Source of the DNA: a virus
Taxonomy: Duplodnaviria > Heunggongvirae > Uroviricota > Caudoviricetes
IMG/VR virus record: IMGVR_UViG_3300013005_000022
Coordinates: 1-54,442 of that record
Reading direction: 5' to 3' (one strand)
Length of the DNA stretch: 54,442 nt
Below, piece after piece: positions 1-9,917 of the stretch; position 1 is the first letter of the stretch; each line of letters opens with the position of its first letter. A model generated the notes under the pieces. It was not told the origin of the DNA. It did not search any database and was given only the letters and a program-made list of their open reading frames with translations. A program made the translations under genes and the position numbers.

Positions 1-27
1 AGGAAATAACCCATTGAATTTTAGCTT

Positions 28-37
28 GATATATAAT
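28..37 (+). promoter_or_regulatory. Late-promoter-like motif
   Basis: GATATATAAT upstream of the tail fibre gene. Confidence 0.5.
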
Positions 38-98
38 CTACCAACAGACAAGCAAGTTTCAATTTCTTGCACGGTGACATTAAATAAAAAATAAGTAA

Positions 99-2645
99 AT
101 GGCTAACATTTCAATAAAAGAACTTTTTCCATCAGACTCTCTCTTAGATGCAGTTGAAAAGATAAATTTTAACTTCGATCAAGTAATTCTAGGTGGTGGA
201 GGTCCTCAAGGAGAAATCGGTGTAACCGGTAATGCCGGAGGACAGGGACCAATTGGAGATCGAGGAAACTATTGGTTTGCTGGATCTACTTATGGCGGAA
301 TAACAGGAGATTACTTCGGAAATCCATTAGAACTAGGTGATGGATTTGTGAGTACTGGTGGAACCGTGTTCATATACTCATATACTGGTGGATCTACCGG
401 ATGGTACAATACAGGAATTAATCTTGTTGGACCGAGTGGTCCGGTTGGTGCAACTGGAAGTTCATTCGAATGGCAATATTTTAGAGGAGCTACAGACATA
501 GGTGCTAACTCATGGGTTGCAGCTACTGCTGGAGGTGCCACTTCAATAACAAGTTCAAATAGAGATATTATTTCATATGTAGGCGCTGAGAAGAATATTG
601 TGTTTATGGGATCTACTGGTTGGGCTCAAAACGAGCTATCCGATTTTGGATTCTTTCCTACCGGATCTAACCTACAAAAACAGCTACCCACTCTAACGGT
701 TATTCAAAGATATATCGATGGAGATAGTGTTAGTGGAATTGCATTTGGTGCCGTTGGTTTAACTTCTGGCACTGCCGGAACACTTCCTACATCCGGAGAT
801 CTTAATGCATCAGTATCGGCTCTAGACTTTACGTATTATGGATTCGAAACTACAACAACAGATCCTTGGTTTAATGGAACTATAATACAAAGAGCAGTAG
901 TACATTCTCCTAAAATGCCAATGGCAATTAAGATTGGTGGAACTACTCCTTTAGAATCTCCGGCTAATTATTACCTAGAAGCCCAATATATGAAATTCAA
1001 TGATTATCTAAATGAGAAATCTTGGTTAACTGGTAATGATACAACTGGAAGTTCTAATATGGGGTTTCATCATATATTCTCAAAAAGTATTGGATTCAAT
1101 CCTCTTTCTACTGGAGTTGGAAAACAAGGTGCAGTAGTAATTCAAGGAGTTGAAGGATCCTATGCGGTTGGAACTTACCAACATAGATTAGGAAATACAA
1201 TTATCGGTTCAACCGCTGGTTTAGCTGGTAATATTGTAGCCGGGCTAATTATATCTAGAGGAAATACTGGAGGAATTAGTGCATCGAATAATTACGATTC
1301 ACATATATCATTACATGCCAATAATACATCAAATGCAATTGCTAAAATTATCGCATCAGTTGATTCAACTGGAGTTCCTAGAACCCAATTTGCATCATCC
1401 AGATTTGGTGTCGTTGGTCCAGTTCCAGGAGCTACTGGATCTACCGGTTTCTTAAATGGAGCGTGGAATTCAGAATCATATACTCCTAAAGTTCCTTTCC
1501 ACGTTATTCAAGATAGTGCAAATCTAAATACAATTAATGGATCCGGTGGTGGTATTAATGGTCTAACTCTTCCAATCAACTTGTCAAATTTAAGAGTATT
1601 ATCGATGAATGATGTTATTAATGCTCGTGGTGGTGGTCTTATTCAAGGACTTACTCCGGCATATAACATAACATCTTTTGTGAGTGGAGCTACTGTTGTT
1701 TATGGATTTGATGATATCGTTCTAAGAACTTTTGCTAGAGGAGCAACTAACCCATCGCCTAATATCTGGATTAATCCTGGTGGAACTGGTGTAAATGGTG
1801 GAGCGGTAGTCGTTGGATTAAACTTTCCAACCGGTAACTCTACTCTCGCTGGATCAACTGGTCAATACATTAGATCTAAGATGGCTATTGGAGGTCCAGT
1901 AACAATCGGTAGTAGTATTGATATACACCGAGATGCAGTTGCACCAACGGATGGAATAAGAATTCAAGGAGCAATATATCAAGGTCATGTAAAAAATTAC
2001 CCTGGAGCATCTGCCTCATATAACCTATTTGGTTATTATGGTGGAACTGGATCTTTCGGAAATGAAGGTATCTTAACTGTAGGTGATGAAATTTGGAATA
2101 GAGATGCTAATGCATCTTCACAATATTGGCAACAAAATGCTGGAAGTGCTGGAATGCCTTCGACATTTGCCGCTGCTTTTGGTGGAGCCGTTATAATTCA
2201 AGGAAAATCTCAAGCATCTGTACCGCTTGGTGGAAATATACAGAAGATAACAACTAAAGGACCTACTTCCGTAGATGCATCCCTTTTAGTTGGTGGATAT
2301 TCTATTTTTGGTGATGATGCATATGCACAATCATGGTTTGAAAAAGGACCTTGGTATACAGGAGGTATGGTTTCTAAGGTTGGTGTATTCGGAGATCCTA
2401 TTACAGGATATTCAACTCCGGGATACAATCCATTGGGTTTCCCTGATTCCGCAGTTCTATCTGCTAACTCAACCACTAAAGGTTTTGCTCCGCCGAGAAT
2501 GACTCACACCCAAAGAATAGCGATCGCTGGAGCTACAGTAGGTCTTATGGTATATCAATTAGGTGGAGGAACTGCTCCAATTGGTCAAGAAGGACTTTGG
2601 GTTTATCATTCAACTGGTTGGACTGGACCAGCAAGAATGGGATAA
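99..2645 (+). CDS. Gly-rich tail fibre / virion structural protein with short collagen-like repeats
   Basis: 848 aa. G-x-x repeats (GPQGEIGVTGNAGGQGPIGDRG; GPSGPVGATG), very G/S/T-rich body, C-terminal STTKGFAPPRMT...GLMVYQ...GLWVYHSTGW module typical of Bacteroidota fibre-like proteins. Preceded by a late-promoter-like motif. Confidence 0.7.
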   Translation: MANISIKELFPSDSLLDAVEKINFNFDQVILGGGGPQGEIGVTGNAGGQGPIGDRGNYWFAGSTYGGITGDYFGNPLELGDGFVSTGGTVFIYSYTGGSTGWYNTGINLVGPSGPVGATGSSFEWQYFRGATDIGANSWVAATAGGATSITSSNRDIISYVGAEKNIVFMGSTGWAQNELSDFGFFPTGSNLQKQLPTLTVIQRYIDGDSVSGIAFGAVGLTSGTAGTLPTSGDLNASVSALDFTYYGFETTTTDPWFNGTIIQRAVVHSPKMPMAIKIGGTTPLESPANYYLEAQYMKFNDYLNEKSWLTGNDTTGSSNMGFHHIFSKSIGFNPLSTGVGKQGAVVIQGVEGSYAVGTYQHRLGNTIIGSTAGLAGNIVAGLIISRGNTGGISASNNYDSHISLHANNTSNAIAKIIASVDSTGVPRTQFASSRFGVVGPVPGATGSTGFLNGAWNSESYTPKVPFHVIQDSANLNTINGSGGGINGLTLPINLSNLRVLSMNDVINARGGGLIQGLTPAYNITSFVSGATVVYGFDDIVLRTFARGATNPSPNIWINPGGTGVNGGAVVVGLNFPTGNSTLAGSTGQYIRSKMAIGGPVTIGSSIDIHRDAVAPTDGIRIQGAIYQGHVKNYPGASASYNLFGYYGGTGSFGNEGILTVGDEIWNRDANASSQYWQQNAGSAGMPSTFAAAFGGAVIIQGKSQASVPLGGNIQKITTKGPTSVDASLLVGGYSIFGDDAYAQSWFEKGPWYTGGMVSKVGVFGDPITGYSTPGYNPLGFPDSAVLSANSTTKGFAPPRMTHTQRIAIAGATVGLMVYQLGGGTAPIGQEGLWVYHSTGWTGPARMG

Positions 2646-2661
2646 TAAAATTAAATAAACT

Positions 2662-3441
2662 ATGAAATTTGATTACAAAAAATTGAAGCTTAATCAAGTC
2701 CTAATGATAGGATTCGTGATTATGTTACTTCTATTTTTAAGACAATGTTCAGTTACTGATGGTCTTAAAGATGAATTAATGATAGCCGGGCAAAATGAAA
2801 AAGCTCTACATGATTCAGTTAGAGTAACAACTAATAAATTAGGTGAGCAAGTTTTCTTAAAGAATACTTTTATTGCAGATGGTAAGAAGTTAAAAGAACT
2901 TAATGCCGAACTTTATAAAGAGGTTAAAAACCTAAAAGGAGATGTTAAGATGATTACTACGGCTAATGCCGGAATCAAATCTGATCCAATTTATCTAACA
3001 AATACCATCACTAAATATGCCGATGGAATTGTGGATATTGGTTGGAAATATGATACGATTTTTTCTAAGGGTAACTACAGGAAGTTGGCAGGGATATCTA
3101 AGATTCAATACGATTCAACGAATGTTCTAGATAAAGGAACCACTATAACAAACGATGAAATTGGCATCTCGGTGACCACTGGTTTGGTTAAGCTCGATGG
3201 ATCTTACCAAATTTTTGTAAAATCTAATTATCCTGGAATGTCAATATCTGATATTCAAGGATCTATACTTGATAAAGATATGATTCAATCAGACGAATCC
3301 TCTTGGGTATTTGGACCTTATGTTGGTGTTGGTGTTGGAGTAGATCCAATGAACAAAACAGTTGGTCCTAATGTATCCATAGGTCTAGGAATTACATATA
3401 ACTTGAATAAGAAGATTAAAAGGCTCTTTAAGCCCTTCTAA
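2662..3441 (+). CDS. Membrane-anchored protein, possible spanin-like lysis protein
   Basis: N-terminal basic plus hydrophobic segment ending LRQC, then a coiled coil and a C-terminal Gly/aromatic beta-hairpin (WVFGPYVGVGVG...SIGLGITYNL). Confidence 0.4.
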   Translation: MKFDYKKLKLNQVLMIGFVIMLLLFLRQCSVTDGLKDELMIAGQNEKALHDSVRVTTNKLGEQVFLKNTFIADGKKLKELNAELYKEVKNLKGDVKMITTANAGIKSDPIYLTNTITKYADGIVDIGWKYDTIFSKGNYRKLAGISKIQYDSTNVLDKGTTITNDEIGISVTTGLVKLDGSYQIFVKSNYPGMSISDIQGSILDKDMIQSDESSWVFGPYVGVGVGVDPMNKTVGPNVSIGLGITYNLNKKIKRLFKPF

Positions 3442-3454
3442 ATAATAAACGTAA

Positions 3455-6043
3455 ATGGCTACATCTTCAAAATTTGTTTTACTTAATGATGCCGTACTGA
3501 TGGAATACATCTATGCGGATCAAGATCAGATCAATGTACCCGGGAACGAGTTTCGTATCCCTACTACAACTGCAGCATTATGGAAGACACAAAATCTACA
3601 TACAGGAGAATATCAAATTCTAAATGATGATGCATCCGGAACAATTCAAGATGGTCTTCCAGTTGGAACCGCTAATATCAGGAATCATTCATATGCACAA
3701 ATATCTAAGTCTAAAATAGCAGACCTTGATATTAATCGTATTGTTTTCTATAACGATTACGATCCAGATTTAACACCATCTAACTTACTTCCAATAAGTT
3801 TTAACACAGCTAAATCTCCAGTATATGATACAATAAGATTCCATTTAGTACAAGGATTTAACTTTCAGGGAAATGAAGCTTTTGCTGCGTCAATTAAGGC
3901 AAAGAAAAGAGATGGAAAGAATTTAATTCTTGCAAACTTACTTTATTCAAAATCAGATTCATGGGAAACTCTTAACCCATCATCATTCTTATTTGGTGGT
4001 AGAGTTTATGATTCATATGTGGAAATTAGAGCACTTTCTCTATACAATCTAATATATGATTATTGGTATACTACACTTACTGGAGATTCGGTTGCAGAAA
4101 AAATAACTGATGGATCTGGACTTGTTCAATCACAAAATATTCAAATTGAATTTAGATGGTTGAATAACCCAACTTTTGTAGATGGACAAAATTACCTAAC
4201 CTTCTTTGAAGGTGTTCAAGTAGAAATACCTACTAAAGATCAATTTGAAGCTATTAGTGCTTATATTGCTGAATCGAATGATGGAGATTATGTTGAATTC
4301 TATGGTAAATTTGACGGAGATATCATCGAGAATTTCATCTTAGATATTAATAAGTCTGGATACGATTATATGTTACTACATGATTTAGTCGTATCTGAAT
4401 ATGTTTACGATCAAACTAGTGCAACCTATACATGGGTACAAACTGCCGATGTACAGCTTTCACAAACAGATAATTATGATTTGCCTAATACTTACCGTCC
4501 TGTAATTAAGAACGGTAATGCTATTTCGTTTAAGATTGATTATGTTCTTCGACTATACAACCGAAACGACAATTCACAGATTTGGAAAACCTCATCTATG
4601 ATTTCTGGTAAAGTTAATAGATATGGTAGAACACTTAAAGCAATTAACTTGGGATCTAATCCTATTCAACTTAAGGTATACAATCAAATTGTATCAAAAG
4701 AAATTAAGTTACAAAGAGTTATTGAGCCGGTAATTAGTAACGTTAAGTATTTGACTTCATTCACTGATAATAATGCAATATCTATTGCATGGGATAATGT
4801 TGCAACCGGAACCACTGCTGCTGCCGGAACTGTTGAAAGAGTAATTCAAAATGGAACGGTTCTAAGAATATTCCCACAGAGTTTAGGTCGAATAATGGTA
4901 TCTAAAGGAGTTTCGTATATCAGATTTACGATGTATCAAAATAAGAATAATGCAAATACTATTCTAGATTTATCTGGGCTCGGTGATCTTATTCTAGGAT
5001 TTGGATCTAATACAGACGAATCTATTTCGTTTGAAGAATTTCCAACTCCATCAGCCGATAAAGCTAGAGGTCAAGTTGTATTTCGTCTTAACGAAACTCA
5101 AGCAACTAATGTTCTTGGACTAAAAGATAGAGAATTTAATATCTACATCCGAAATGAGAAAGGAACTACTGCCGGTCTAACTGGAGCTACTTCGGTGGAT
5201 ATCACTAATACTGCACAAACCAATGCGGCTAATGCAAGAGGAGAAAAACAATTACTTTATACAGGTAAATTCTATTCATCGGCAGAATATGCTAAATTAG
5301 CAGAGCTAGACAAAATAGAAGAGTTGATTGGTACCATCAATGAAAAAGATGGCCAGATTAATAGACAAGAAAATATTATAGTTGAACGTAACTCAACAGT
5401 AGCTAATAAGGACAATATTATAGCAGATCTACAAACTAGATTATCTAAAGCTAATGCGGATTTAGTACAAGCACTCAAAGATCAAGCTACATTCTTGGCA
5501 TCAGATAACATAGAAGATGCTCAATTTAAAGCTACAATAGATTCGTTAACTGCTCAATTAAATGCTGCAACTACTTCAATAAACCAAATAAATACTCAAT
5601 TACAAAATCTAACTTCTGAGAAAGTTAGTTTAACTAATGAGAATAATCGTTTATTGGCCTTGATCAGTACTCTTAATGCAACTATCGCATCACTTCGAGC
5701 AACTCCAGTAAGAACAGACGTACTCCCATATAGTCCAATAACAATAAGAAATTTTGGAGAATTACCTCTCGTGAATCCAAACAACCCAAGATCTCTTTTA
5801 CCTCCGGCATCTTCAATAGTGAGTGTTAATGCATCTAATTTTGCAGTTAGTCCAGTAAGACCTAGTGGATCAAGCTTTGCAAATAACGTTATATCAGTTC
5901 CAAGTTTCACCAATTTTACTAATGTAACAATACCAGCTGCATTCCAATCAACTTCACCATCTAAAGGATCTGCTTCAAAAGGAACTAATGTTAGAAATTC
6001 AATAGTAGCTAGTAATTTTGGTGGAGGTGGTAGGCCATCATAA
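3455..6043 (+). CDS. Large hypothetical (probably structural) protein with C-terminal coiled coil and low-complexity tail
   Basis: 862-aa ORF in the tail-gene cluster. Heptad region around aa 610-745, then an S/P/N-rich tail. Confidence 0.55.
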   Translation: MATSSKFVLLNDAVLMEYIYADQDQINVPGNEFRIPTTTAALWKTQNLHTGEYQILNDDASGTIQDGLPVGTANIRNHSYAQISKSKIADLDINRIVFYNDYDPDLTPSNLLPISFNTAKSPVYDTIRFHLVQGFNFQGNEAFAASIKAKKRDGKNLILANLLYSKSDSWETLNPSSFLFGGRVYDSYVEIRALSLYNLIYDYWYTTLTGDSVAEKITDGSGLVQSQNIQIEFRWLNNPTFVDGQNYLTFFEGVQVEIPTKDQFEAISAYIAESNDGDYVEFYGKFDGDIIENFILDINKSGYDYMLLHDLVVSEYVYDQTSATYTWVQTADVQLSQTDNYDLPNTYRPVIKNGNAISFKIDYVLRLYNRNDNSQIWKTSSMISGKVNRYGRTLKAINLGSNPIQLKVYNQIVSKEIKLQRVIEPVISNVKYLTSFTDNNAISIAWDNVATGTTAAAGTVERVIQNGTVLRIFPQSLGRIMVSKGVSYIRFTMYQNKNNANTILDLSGLGDLILGFGSNTDESISFEEFPTPSADKARGQVVFRLNETQATNVLGLKDREFNIYIRNEKGTTAGLTGATSVDITNTAQTNAANARGEKQLLYTGKFYSSAEYAKLAELDKIEELIGTINEKDGQINRQENIIVERNSTVANKDNIIADLQTRLSKANADLVQALKDQATFLASDNIEDAQFKATIDSLTAQLNAATTSINQINTQLQNLTSEKVSLTNENNRLLALISTLNATIASLRATPVRTDVLPYSPITIRNFGELPLVNPNNPRSLLPPASSIVSVNASNFAVSPVRPSGSSFANNVISVPSFTNFTNVTIPAAFQSTSPSKGSASKGTNVRNSIVASNFGGGGRPS

Positions 6044-6060
6044 CAAATAAAATTAAGTAA

Positions 6061-6627
6061 ATGATACTCCAAAATAGAAATGACCTCTTTAAAGTTGAGT
6101 TACCTAGAATATTTGTACCTCAAGAAATTAAAGAGAGATATGCGCCATATCTTTTTAGGATGCCAACTCCGGTTACTGATGTAGCAGACATAATCAATTA
6201 TTCTATACAATCTATATCAATTCCTAATTTTAACTATCAACCAATTGAACAAGTTAAACCTGGGTATTATGCCGAAGCAAAAGGAACCACCAGAAGATTC
6301 CGTCAAGCACTTTCACCAGAGATGTTAATTGATCGTAATTTTACCATTACTTTTCAACTCTTAGACGGTAATGTTAATTACTGGATAATGTTAGAAACAT
6401 TCTTCCATTACTACAACTTCGATAATAGAGATCCTTATACATTTGATGTTCCTATTGGAATATTTGATGCTGAAGGAAATAAGATGTATTCATCAATTTT
6501 CAAAGATTGTTTGTTTACCGGAATGAATCAATTCACAATGTCATACTCTGAACTTACTCCAGAATTTAGAACATTCGAAGCTACATTTGCATTCAACGAG
6601 CTAAAGCTAGAATTTGAAGTTCAATAA
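6061..6627 (+). CDS. T4 gp3-like tail tube terminator / tail completion protein (tube fold)
   Basis: Pattern IQSISIP...FTITFQLLDGNVNYWIM...F.DC..T.M..F.MSYSE...F.ATF.F matches the gp3/gp19 tube-fold layout. 188 aa. Confidence 0.65.
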   Translation: MILQNRNDLFKVELPRIFVPQEIKERYAPYLFRMPTPVTDVADIINYSIQSISIPNFNYQPIEQVKPGYYAEAKGTTRRFRQALSPEMLIDRNFTITFQLLDGNVNYWIMLETFFHYYNFDNRDPYTFDVPIGIFDAEGNKMYSSIFKDCLFTGMNQFTMSYSELTPEFRTFEATFAFNELKLEFEVQ

Positions 6628-6641
6628 CCGAAATTTTATCA

Positions 6642-6655
6642 AATATATAATAAAA
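6642..6655 (+). promoter_or_regulatory. Late-promoter-like motif
   Basis: AATATATAATAAAA in the intergenic gap. Confidence 0.5.
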
Positions 6656-6668
6656 TCAACATAACAAC

Positions 6669-6971
6669 ATGGAAATACCTAATTTTGAAAATTTTATCAA
6701 CGAAGGAAAAGTTACCATCAATAAAATGAATTTCACCATACATGTATTCAACGATACTAAAGGGTTATCTGTTCAATTTATTCCGGATAGTAAAACTCTA
6801 GATAAATTTTCAAAAAATGAAATGGTTGAATCTATTAAAACAAAACTAACCTCAGCAATGCCTAAATTTGCGGATTCTCTATATTTTGCAATAGATAATT
6901 CAGCTGCTGGTTTAAGTTTCCGTGTTGATACATTTGAATTAAGTGAAATAATTACAAAAGCTATTAAATAA
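6669..6971 (+). CDS. Hypothetical protein with capsid-targeting-like N-terminus
   Basis: Starts MEIPNFENFINEG. Late-promoter-like motif upstream. Confidence 0.7.
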   Translation: MEIPNFENFINEGKVTINKMNFTIHVFNDTKGLSVQFIPDSKTLDKFSKNEMVESIKTKLTSAMPKFADSLYFAIDNSAAGLSFRVDTFELSEIITKAIK

Positions 6972-7336
6972 TGAAAACATTCAAAGAATATCTTATAGAA
7001 ACTAGCACTTTCTCTGAAGAAGAAATCAAGGCTCTTAATGAGAACCTTAAGACTGAGCTAACTGAAGAAGAAGAAGCTAAAGTAGACAAAGCTATAAAAG
7101 AATTTTGTAGTGAATACCTAGACAAAAATAAAGGAATGAAATCTTTCAATGAAGATCTAACTAATGAAGGTTTCTTGGGATCTATCTTAGGAGGTCTAAC
7201 CGGTTTTGCATTGGGTTCATCGGTTGGTAAAATCATTGCAAACGTATTGGGTATTGAAAAAGGTGTGATTTTCGATCTTCTAACTAGTAGATTAGTTGGT
7301 GCTGCATTAGGTGCTGCATTAGGAAAACGTCTATGA
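6971..7336 (+). CDS. Putative internal head protein with C-terminal glycine-zipper hydrophobic segment
   Basis: Starts MKTFKEYLIE (cf. T4 MKTYQEFIAE). C-terminal GFLGSILGGLTGFALG...LVGAALGAALG. Confidence 0.7.
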   Translation: MKTFKEYLIETSTFSEEEIKALNENLKTELTEEEEAKVDKAIKEFCSEYLDKNKGMKSFNEDLTNEGFLGSILGGLTGFALGSSVGKIIANVLGIEKGVIFDLLTSRLVGAALGAALGKRL

Positions 7337-7950
7337 TAATAGGAATTGACTTTTCAATTAATAGTACTGCCGTATCTATAAACGACGAAGGTAAATACAC
7401 ACTTTTCTCATTCGTTCCAAATTTCCAATCAGGTAAAGCGGCATTCCGTACTCATGATGCAATTGACAAAATTGTAACTATTGTTAGTTATGAAAAGACG
7501 GCAAATACCAAAGATAGTCTAGAGGATCAACGAATAAAACTTCGTAATGCCAATCGTTTATCCGACCAAATCATTGAACATATTAGACCTTACTTAGATA
7601 AAGCAGAATTTATCAATATAGAAGGTTATTCATTTGGATCTAAAGGAAATTCCTTTATCGATCTAATTACCTATAATTCATTTCTAAAAGTAAAAATTCT
7701 ACAAATCTGTGGAGAGAAGACTTGGGTTTGGCCACCTAAATCTATTAAGAAGATGTATACCGGTAATGGTAATGCATCAAAATGTATGATGGTTACCCGT
7801 TTCATGGAAGATTCTAGTCCTCTTAGAGATAAAATTTCTGAACTTGGATTTGTCCAAGAAGGCGAATTCGCAATCCCAAAACCTATCGATGATATCGTCG
7901 ATGCGGTAGCCCTATCTAGATTAAACCCTATCACCCAATCCATCATATAA
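7333..7950 (+). CDS. RuvC-like (RNase H fold) Holliday junction resolvase
   Basis: IIGIDFS, NIEGYSF, PKSIKKMYTGNGNASK and DDIVDA acidic catalytic motifs. Confidence 0.75.
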   Translation: MIIGIDFSINSTAVSINDEGKYTLFSFVPNFQSGKAAFRTHDAIDKIVTIVSYEKTANTKDSLEDQRIKLRNANRLSDQIIEHIRPYLDKAEFINIEGYSFGSKGNSFIDLITYNSFLKVKILQICGEKTWVWPPKSIKKMYTGNGNASKCMMVTRFMEDSSPLRDKISELGFVQEGEFAIPKPIDDIVDAVALSRLNPITQSII

Positions 7951-7971
7951 GTAGATAAAGACTGTATTTGC

Positions 7972-9801
7972 ATGAAAATTAATATCATAACTAGGCTCAC
8001 TCGACCTGAGTACATAAAAGACGTATGGAAGTCGATTGAAGCTTCTCGAATAAAAGATGTTCAAATAGATTGGTATGTTATAATTGACATACTAGGAAAT
8101 TTCTCTGTTTCATCGGAGATCTTTCGTTTCCTGGAAGATAAAGCGGATTCAGTTATTATTGAAAAGGGAAAACCTGATACATTCGGATATACCCTAATCA
8201 ATAAGCTAATAGATGTTTTACCTGACGATGAATGGATATACATTCTAGACGATGATAATGCAATACACTTAGATTTTTTCCAAACCGTCAAAGATCGAGT
8301 AAACAAACCAGGTATCTGGGTATTCGATCAATTAGTGGAAGGAAAAGACTTCACTGGTGTACATATCAGAGAAGCTAATATAGAAAATATGAGATGGCAA
8401 GGAGTTGACGTTGCCCAGTTACTTATACACAAAGGCTCAATGAATCCTCATAGATTCCACTCTCATTATAGTGGAGATGGATATTTCATAGATGCGATTA
8501 AAGCAGACAAACCAGAAGTATTCAATTTTATCAACGAAACTCTTACTCATTATAATTACTTTCAAAAACCCAAGCTCAATAAAAAACTTCCAAGAATCTT
8601 ATTGATACATGACCAAGATGTTGAGCTTTTATCTAACAACCCTCCTTATTTTGAATGTAAAGAACTTACCGTTAAACGTTGTGAAGCTTATGATGAAAAG
8701 GTTGTTTCTGAATTTAACCCTGATTGTATAGTTACTATCGGTGGTGATTGGTCAGATTATCCACAACTTTCGAGTTCATCATTTGACTTTAAACAAAGAT
8801 GGTTACATTTTTCTGAATACACTCCAGAAATAGGAGAAGAAGCCTATCAATGTGCAACATCATATATCCTTAATAGAAAAGATGATGAACCTCTTTTAAG
8901 TATCATCACTCCTATTTACAATACCGGAGATAAGCTAAGAAGAACTTACAACTCAATCAAATCACAAACCTACACAAATTGGGAATGGGTAATTGTAGAT
9001 GATTCAACTGATGAATATACCACTCGATTAGCTAAAGAAATAGAATCAGAAGATCCTAGAGTAACCGTGTATCGAATACTTCCTATTAGTGGTGGAATTA
9101 TTGGTGAAGCTAAATATCGAGCATTCATGCTTTCTCGAGGAGAAATCTTAATGGAAATGGATCATGATGACGAACTTCACCCAGAAGCAAATGAATACAT
9201 CGTTAAAGCTTACAGAAAATATCCTGATGCCGGTTTCTATTACTCTGATTGTGTTGAGATAAATGAACAACATGAATCTTTAACTTATGGACCAGATGGA
9301 ACATGGGCTTTAGGTTATGGTAAATATTATGACTTTACTCATAATGGAAGAGAATACAAATCCGTCGATCAACCAAACATCAATCCACTTACAATACGTC
9401 ACATCGTGGCAGTTCCAAATCACTTTCGTGCATGGCGAAGAGATGTTTATTTAGCAATAGGATCGCATAATAGAAGACTATCAATAGCCGATGATTATGA
9501 GTTAATTGTTAGAACTTTCTTACATACCAAAATGGTACACATCCCAAAACCTCTTTACTTCCAATATTATCATGGAGGAAATTCTCAGGATGATGGTAAT
9601 GCTAGAGCCGACATTCAAAGAAGAGTAAGATCCATTTCAGTATTCTACAATTGGGAGATACGTAATCGTTTTAAAGAACTAGGAGTAGAAGACTGGGCTT
9701 TTGTTGATACTAACTGGCCTTGGTACGAAAACCCTAGATTCGGTGAGGAAGAGAATTATGTTAATTACTTATTAGATATAAGTGAGAATGAAGGAGAATG
9801 A
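7972..9801 (+). CDS. Two-domain GT-A (family 2-like) glycosyltransferase
   Basis: N-terminal domain with WIYILDDDN. C-terminal domain LSIITPIYN...SIKSQTYTNWEWVIVDDS...MDHDDEL...ADDYEL. Confidence 0.85.
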   Translation: MKINIITRLTRPEYIKDVWKSIEASRIKDVQIDWYVIIDILGNFSVSSEIFRFLEDKADSVIIEKGKPDTFGYTLINKLIDVLPDDEWIYILDDDNAIHLDFFQTVKDRVNKPGIWVFDQLVEGKDFTGVHIREANIENMRWQGVDVAQLLIHKGSMNPHRFHSHYSGDGYFIDAIKADKPEVFNFINETLTHYNYFQKPKLNKKLPRILLIHDQDVELLSNNPPYFECKELTVKRCEAYDEKVVSEFNPDCIVTIGGDWSDYPQLSSSSFDFKQRWLHFSEYTPEIGEEAYQCATSYILNRKDDEPLLSIITPIYNTGDKLRRTYNSIKSQTYTNWEWVIVDDSTDEYTTRLAKEIESEDPRVTVYRILPISGGIIGEAKYRAFMLSRGEILMEMDHDDELHPEANEYIVKAYRKYPDAGFYYSDCVEINEQHESLTYGPDGTWALGYGKYYDFTHNGREYKSVDQPNINPLTIRHIVAVPNHFRAWRRDVYLAIGSHNRRLSIADDYELIVRTFLHTKMVHIPKPLYFQYYHGGNSQDDGNARADIQRRVRSISVFYNWEIRNRFKELGVEDWAFVDTNWPWYENPRFGEEENYVNYLLDISENEGE

Positions 9802-9810
9802 AGGAGAATT
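9784..9810 (+). repeat. 10-bp tandem repeat (GAGAATGAAG x2.7) spanning the glycosyltransferase stop
   Basis: GAGAATGAAG GAGAATGAAG GAGAATT. Confidence 0.85.
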
Positions 9811-9917
9811 ACCTAGTAACTTACTAGTACTGCCTGAAGAACTATATTATTTCCTCGATCACCTTAGATAAAGGTTATATGTAATTTTGATACGGTCAGA
9901 TTCAGTATTTTTATATT

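Noticed and set aside
9882-9889. TAATTTTG as an early promoter before the LamG gene
   Set aside because: It lacks the shared upstream context of the two good early promoters, and a late-type motif lies closer to the gene.
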